Assembly (NCBI GenBank): GCA_028534125.1
Contig: CM052816.1
Span: 80,602,001-80,666,000 of the forward strand
DNA: 64,000 nt
Source: Lama glama
Taxonomy: Eukaryota
Reading direction: 5' to 3'
In this document: piece after piece, positions 63,913 through 64,000 of the stretch
Layout of the letters: every line of letters starts with the position of its first letter
Numbering within the stretch: position 1 is the stretch's first letter
Translations under genes and position numbers: made by a program
The notes under the pieces: model-generated
The model's input: only the letters and a program-made list of their open reading frames with translations
Databases searched by the model: none
Told to the model about the DNA's origin: nothing

Positions 63913-64000
63913 AGTATATATTCCAGACTATCTTCCCCAGATATGGATTCACTAAGTCAAGATTTTAACAAGGACCCTAGGTAATTTTGAAATGAAAGGT

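Noticed and set aside
40150..64000. Exons of a neighbouring protein-coding gene (TARS1 lies downstream in human, from memory)
   Set aside because: No recognisable coding exon on either strand in this interval.

Overview
Mammalian, very probably camelid (camel/alpaca-type tRNA-derived SINEs), genomic DNA, not microbial. The + strand carries the last six coding exons of ADAMTS12 (exons 19-24 in human numbering, from memory): 5586-6719 (TSP1 half plus mucin-like spacer), 11312-11464, 19046-19222, 24556-24699, 30955-31114 (TSP1 repeats) and 36387-36565 (PLAC domain, TAA stop). All have canonical AG/GT sites and splice in frame. A ~3.6 kb 3' UTR probably ends near AATAAA 40126-40131. The rest is intron or intergenic DNA rich in L1, L2, MIR, MaLR/ERV LTR and DNA-transposon remnants, and most short ORFs in the track are noise. 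I see no evidence of a wholly new gene system. The most interesting signals are: (i) six miR-29 seed sites in the 3' UTR, all downstream of a proximal AATAAA that has a perfect U1/5' splice-site motif just upstream; (ii) several unusual L1-driven insertions readable from target-site duplications (TSDs): a 1.4 kb probable 3' transduction, a 290 bp L1-free retroposed 'orphan', an internally deleted L1 keeping both ends, and a ~55 bp micro-L1; (iii) an in-frame 24 bp duplication in the mucin exon. Repeat family names and boundaries are by-eye recognition and are approximate.
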